Shown one piece after another: positions 15,729 through 19,211 of a DNA stretch of 19,211 bases (position 1 is the first letter of the stretch; each line of letters begins with the position of its first letter). The DNA lies in NCBI GenBank assembly GCA_039586795.1, contig JBDHJS010000057.1:1-19211 (forward strand), given 5' to 3'. Source of the stretch: Gemmatimonadota bacterium. GTDB taxonomy: Bacteria > Gemmatimonadota > Gemmatimonadetes > Palauibacterales > KS3-K002. The notes under the pieces are model-generated. The model saw nothing but the letters and a program-made list of their open reading frames with translations. It was not told where the DNA came from and did not search any database. A program made the translations under genes and the position numbers.

Positions 15729-18026
15729 TCAGTTAGAGCGGTCAGCGACCGAGCCGTTGGGTGGGCCCCTCAAGACCTCCCGCACCTTTCGAATCAGTGA
15801 TTCCGGAGTGAAGGGCTTCTGCAGGAAGTTCTGCTGCAGCGGTACGGGAACACCTCGCAGTACAGCATGGTCGGTGTACCCAGACATGAACAACATGCGC
15901 ATATCCGGTCTCTTGGGCGCCATACGCTCAGCCAACTCGCGGCCGTTCAGCTCAGGCATGACGAGATCGGTGACCAGCAGCTCGATGGGGCCCTCGTGGG
16001 CCATGCTCACCTTTAGAGCCTCAACAGCGCTGTCTGCCTCGAGCACCCTGTAACCTTCGTCGAGCAGGATCCGTCGGGCCAGGCCGCGTACCGATTCTTC
16101 GTCTTCGACCAGCAGGACGGTCTCGGCTTCAACCTCGACCTGCTCGTCTTGCTGTTGCTGGCTCGTCACCTCTTCAGGCGGCAAAGTCTCCGGGAAATAG
16201 ATCTTGAAGGTCGTGCCTTCGCCCGGCTCGCTGTACGCCCAGATGAAACCGCTGCTCTGCTTTACTATTCCGTAGACCGTGGATAGTCCGAGCCCTGTCC
16301 CCTCTCCCATCTTCTTGGTCGTGAAGAAGGGCTCGAAGACGCGGGAACGCGTCTCGGAGTCCATCCCCGTTCCCGTATCGCTCACGGTCAGCACCGCATA
16401 GCGACCCGGAACGATCGGATAATGCGCGCGAGCAAACTTCTCGTCGACCTCGACGTTGCCCGTCTCGATCGACAGCTTCCCGCCCTCAGGCATCGCATCA
16501 CGAGCGTTCACCGCCAAGTTCATGATGATTTGCTCGAGCTGGCCCTGGTCCACTTCGATCAACCAAAGGCTCGATTCCAACGACGTCAGCAACTCCACGT
16601 CTTCGCCGATGAGCCGGGCGAGCATCTTCTCGATGCTGGACACGACCGCGTTGAGGCTGAGGACACGCGGCTTCCGTACTTGCTTACGGCTGAACGCCAG
16701 TAACTGACGCGTGAGCGCTGCCGCTCGCTGAGCGGCCTGCCGGATATCGGTTAGCTCATCTTGCCGCGGGTCTTCCGGCCCCAAACCACGCAATAGCAGT
16801 TCGGCGTTCGAAAGGATGACAGTCAATACATTGTTGAAGTCGTGCGCCACACCGCCCGCCAACTGCCCGATCGCCTCCATCTTCTGGGACTGCCGCAACT
16901 GCATTTCCAGACGACGGCGCTCTACCAGATCCACCGCGGTGCCGATGATGCATCGCGTCTCATCCAGCGTGAGGAGCTTGCCTGTGAAGAGATACGGCGT
17001 CCGCGTACCGTCTTTACCCACAAAATCAGCTTCGACGCTCGCATACCCCCATGTAAGGACCTTTTCGATCGTCTGTTTGACCAGCCGACGATCTTCCCCT
17101 TTGAAGAAATCGAGTGGGCTCATTCGGGCGATTTCGGCGCTGGAGAATCCCGATACATGCTCGATGTTGCGGTTCCAGCGAATGAAGCGCCCGTTTTCGT
17201 CGAACAAGTAGAACAGTCCGGGCAAGCTTCCAATCGCCGCGTCCGAAAACTGCTTTTCGCGCCGAAGGGTCTCCTCGGCTCGCTTGCGGCTGGTGATGTC
17301 CCTGATGATCCCCTGATAGCCCATCACGTGTCCGTCATCGTTGAGCTGTGCAGATGAACTCAGGAGGCAGTCCATCACCGTGCCATCCTTAGCGACGAGC
17401 CTCACCTCGTAGTCCTTGACCGACCCGCTCTTCGCGATCTCTCGTTGGAAATCACGGCGGTCGGTGGGATCCAGGTAGAGGAAGCTTGCATCCACGTCCT
17501 GCATTTCTTCGCGCGTGTATCCAAACAGCCGCAGCATCGACTCGTTGAAGTCGAGCAGGCGACCATCGATGCTGCTCACGTAGATTGCGTCCTTCGACCC
17601 CTCAAACAGCCTCCGGTAACGGCTCTCACTCTCCTTGAGAGCTTCCGCTGACCGCTTGCTATCGGTAACATCGACCGCCAGCCCGAGCGCCCCAACGATC
17701 GCCCCCTCGGAATCGCGGAAAGGCTCGACATGGACCTCGAATGTTCGGTCGGACCAGGCGAAGTCGTAGGACTCCACTTCACCGGCCAGAGCCGCTTTGT
17801 GCCGAACGATGGGCTCGAATTCCTCGTCGTCGGTCCCGAAGTACTCGAACAGCGTCAGTCCGACGACCTGACCGGGCTTCAGTCCCAAGCTTGCCAGACC
17901 GGCGCCCGCCGACGAGGTGAAGCGCAGGTCCTGGTCCACGGTCCAGATTAGGGCCGGGACCTGTTCGACCAGCAGTCGCAGGCGTTCCCTATCTCGTACG
18001 GCGTGATCGGTCGGCTGCTTGGACAT
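15729..18026 (-). CDS. Cytoplasmic hybrid sensor histidine kinase / response regulator (3 PAS - HisKA - HATPase - REC; CckA-like architecture)
   Basis: There are three PAS/PAC units. The kinase boxes are H-box GGVAHDFNN, N-box NLAVNARDAM, G1 DTGTG, F-box FEPFFTTK and G2 GTGLG. The receiver has VEDE, LVTDLVMP and QKPF. No TM segment is visible. The ATG at 18026 (MSKQPTDH) is preferred as start. Confidence 0.93.
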   Translation of the reverse strand: MSKQPTDHAVRDRERLRLLVEQVPALIWTVDQDLRFTSSAGAGLASLGLKPGQVVGLTLFEYFGTDDEEFEPIVRHKAALAGEVESYDFAWSDRTFEVHVEPFRDSEGAIVGALGLAVDVTDSKRSAEALKESESRYRRLFEGSKDAIYVSSIDGRLLDFNESMLRLFGYTREEMQDVDASFLYLDPTDRRDFQREIAKSGSVKDYEVRLVAKDGTVMDCLLSSSAQLNDDGHVMGYQGIIRDITSRKRAEETLRREKQFSDAAIGSLPGLFYLFDENGRFIRWNRNIEHVSGFSSAEIARMSPLDFFKGEDRRLVKQTIEKVLTWGYASVEADFVGKDGTRTPYLFTGKLLTLDETRCIIGTAVDLVERRRLEMQLRQSQKMEAIGQLAGGVAHDFNNVLTVILSNAELLLRGLGPEDPRQDELTDIRQAAQRAAALTRQLLAFSRKQVRKPRVLSLNAVVSSIEKMLARLIGEDVELLTSLESSLWLIEVDQGQLEQIIMNLAVNARDAMPEGGKLSIETGNVEVDEKFARAHYPIVPGRYAVLTVSDTGTGMDSETRSRVFEPFFTTKKMGEGTGLGLSTVYGIVKQSSGFIWAYSEPGEGTTFKIYFPETLPPEEVTSQQQQDEQVEVEAETVLLVEDEESVRGLARRILLDEGYRVLEADSAVEALKVSMAHEGPIELLVTDLVMPELNGRELAERMAPKRPDMRMLFMSGYTDHAVLRGVPVPLQQNFLQKPFTPESLIRKVREVLRGPPNGSVADRSN

Positions 18027-18179
18027 ACGCCTTGCCGTTATTAGTGGATTCTGGGGGGTCTTGGCCAGGGTGGGTGAGCGGGGGGGGGGAACACACCATT
18101 GATTCACCCTACAGATATAATTTGTTCCAGATGAGAGGATAGCGCCAGTGCAGGTTCCCTGAATCACGGGCTGCTAATC

Positions 18180-18309
18180 AATTGTCGAAGCGGATTCAAC
18201 GATTCCCGCATTCGGGAATGCGGAACCTGAAAGCCACCCCTACCACCAGACGCCTTCCACTTCCGCGAATCTCCGAATCCGTCCAATCGTTGAACCCGCT
18301 TCGATAATT
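18180..18309. repeat. 130-bp element bounded by 25-bp inverted repeats (MITE-like or structured RNA)
   Basis: 18180-18204 AATTGTCGAAGCGGATTCAACGATT and 18285-18309 AATCGTTGAACCCGCTTCGATAATT are reverse complements at 23 of 25 positions. An internal palindrome CCGCATTC-GG-GAATGCGG lies at 18206-18223. Confidence 0.75.
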
Positions 18310-18377
18310 CCCAAGGCGGGTTTCTTGATTTCCGAGCTCAGAATCCCGAGATCACAATTCGAATCCCCACCAAGAAA

Positions 18378-19211
18378 CTAGTCGGTGGCGCGGTCTTTCA
18401 ACGACCTCGGCAGCGCGTCCGCATGCACCAGAATCGAAATCGTCTTTGCCCGGACGTACTCCTCCGACATGAAGACATAGCCGGCCTTCACACCCGTGAC
18501 ACCCCAAGAATTCTTCGTGATGTAGTACTTCGTTCCGTCCTGGTCCCGGGCTATGCCCGTCAGGTGCATCAGGTGGTCATCGGAAGACGTGTAGTTGTCA
18601 AAGCCTCGCTGCCGCAACTCCTGAGTGACGTGTGTCTCCGGACCCCGCGTATCGCAGGCTCCTTCCCGCCCATCCACCGGCCACACGGCAACGCCTTTGC
18701 TATGGCAGAAACTGGTCTCGCTGACGTCCCCATCCCAGGCCACCGAAAATCCGTTCTCGAGAGCGCGATCCATGACCTGCATCAACTCGTCGAGCGGTAC
18801 GTTATAGCTCGTGTTGCGCGCCCAGTTATCGGGTATTTCGAGGGCGAACCAGGTATAGAACGGATGATGACTGAAGGAGGTCAACTCCACAAAATCGGCC
18901 GGCACAATACCCAGGGCGTCGGCGAACGACCTCGGAGTATATGTGCGTCCTTCGTACTCGAATTCCGTGGGGATGTCACCCAGATAAGCATCCAGAATGC
19001 CACCCACGGCGTCAGGCCACACGGGACTGACTTGCCGCCGGCTGATCACCGCATCGATCGCGCCTGTCAGAACAGCATGGAGCTCGGAGTGGTCGTGCAG
19101 CTCAGCTCCGTAGCGCCTACCGGGATAGACGTCTTCAGGGACAACGCCGTAACGACGAATGACCCGTATCACGTCCTGCCCAAGGCTTCCGGGGCCAAAC
19201 ACCGTGTTCCC
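18378..19211 (-). CDS. C1-family cysteine aminopeptidase (PepC/bleomycin hydrolase-like), 5'-truncated by the window edge
   Basis: The frame is open to the window end. Motifs are YGVVP, LTSFSHHPFY, EIPDNW, the catalytic His region DDHLMHLTG, the Asn region YYITKNSWG, and GYVFMS. The catalytic Cys lies outside the window. Confidence 0.88.
   Translation of the reverse strand, partial: GNTVFGPGSLGQDVIRVIRRYGVVPEDVYPGRRYGAELHDHSELHAVLTGAIDAVISRRQVSPVWPDAVGGILDAYLGDIPTEFEYEGRTYTPRSFADALGIVPADFVELTSFSHHPFYTWFALEIPDNWARNTSYNVPLDELMQVMDRALENGFSVAWDGDVSETSFCHSKGVAVWPVDGREGACDTRGPETHVTQELRQRGFDNYTSSDDHLMHLTGIARDQDGTKYYITKNSWGVTGVKAGYVFMSEEYVRAKTISILVHADALPRSLKDRATD

Noticed and set aside
18027..18167. 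47-aa N-terminal extension of the kinase given by the ORF track
   Set aside because: It is low-complexity, runs through the poly-G tract and AT-rich promoter-like DNA, and precedes the point where the PAS-linked sequence begins.
18180..18309. Retron msr-msd or CRISPR interpretation of the inverted-repeat element
   Set aside because: There is no reverse transcriptase or cas gene in the window and no direct repeat-spacer periodicity.
18320..18378. 8-bp inverted repeat GTTTCTTG/CAAGAAAC right after the peptidase stop
   Set aside because: The loop is over 40 nt and there is no U tail, so it cannot be supported as a terminator.

Overview
Gene-dense bacterial chromosomal segment with GC estimated by eye at about 60%. 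It holds about 18 protein genes, and no rRNA, tRNA, CRISPR array or transposase was seen. In order: a 5'-truncated HEAT-repeat protein, a small membrane protein, a tail-anchored J-domain protein, and a gamma-glutamyltransferase / AI-2E transporter / LEA_2 lipoprotein run. These are followed by a stand-alone class I-beta DAHP synthase and an LpxQ-like outer-membrane beta-barrel gene interrupted by an in-frame TAG. Next is an MCE (MlaE-MlaF-MlaD-PqiC-type) ABC operon, which converges on a four-gene exported-protein cluster (small beta-barrel, DUF3943-like barrel, glycine-zipper protein, EEP-family lipoprotein). The window ends with a 3xPAS hybrid histidine kinase and a 5'-truncated C1 cysteine aminopeptidase. 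Three signals stand out. The first is the amber-interrupted barrel gene. The second is the ~8.4 kb block of envelope or lipid-handling genes. The third is the 350-bp region upstream of the kinase, which holds a 130-bp element bounded by 25-bp inverted repeats, nine GAWTC sites and a G-rich tract. All family calls come from recognising motifs by eye; no database search was run.
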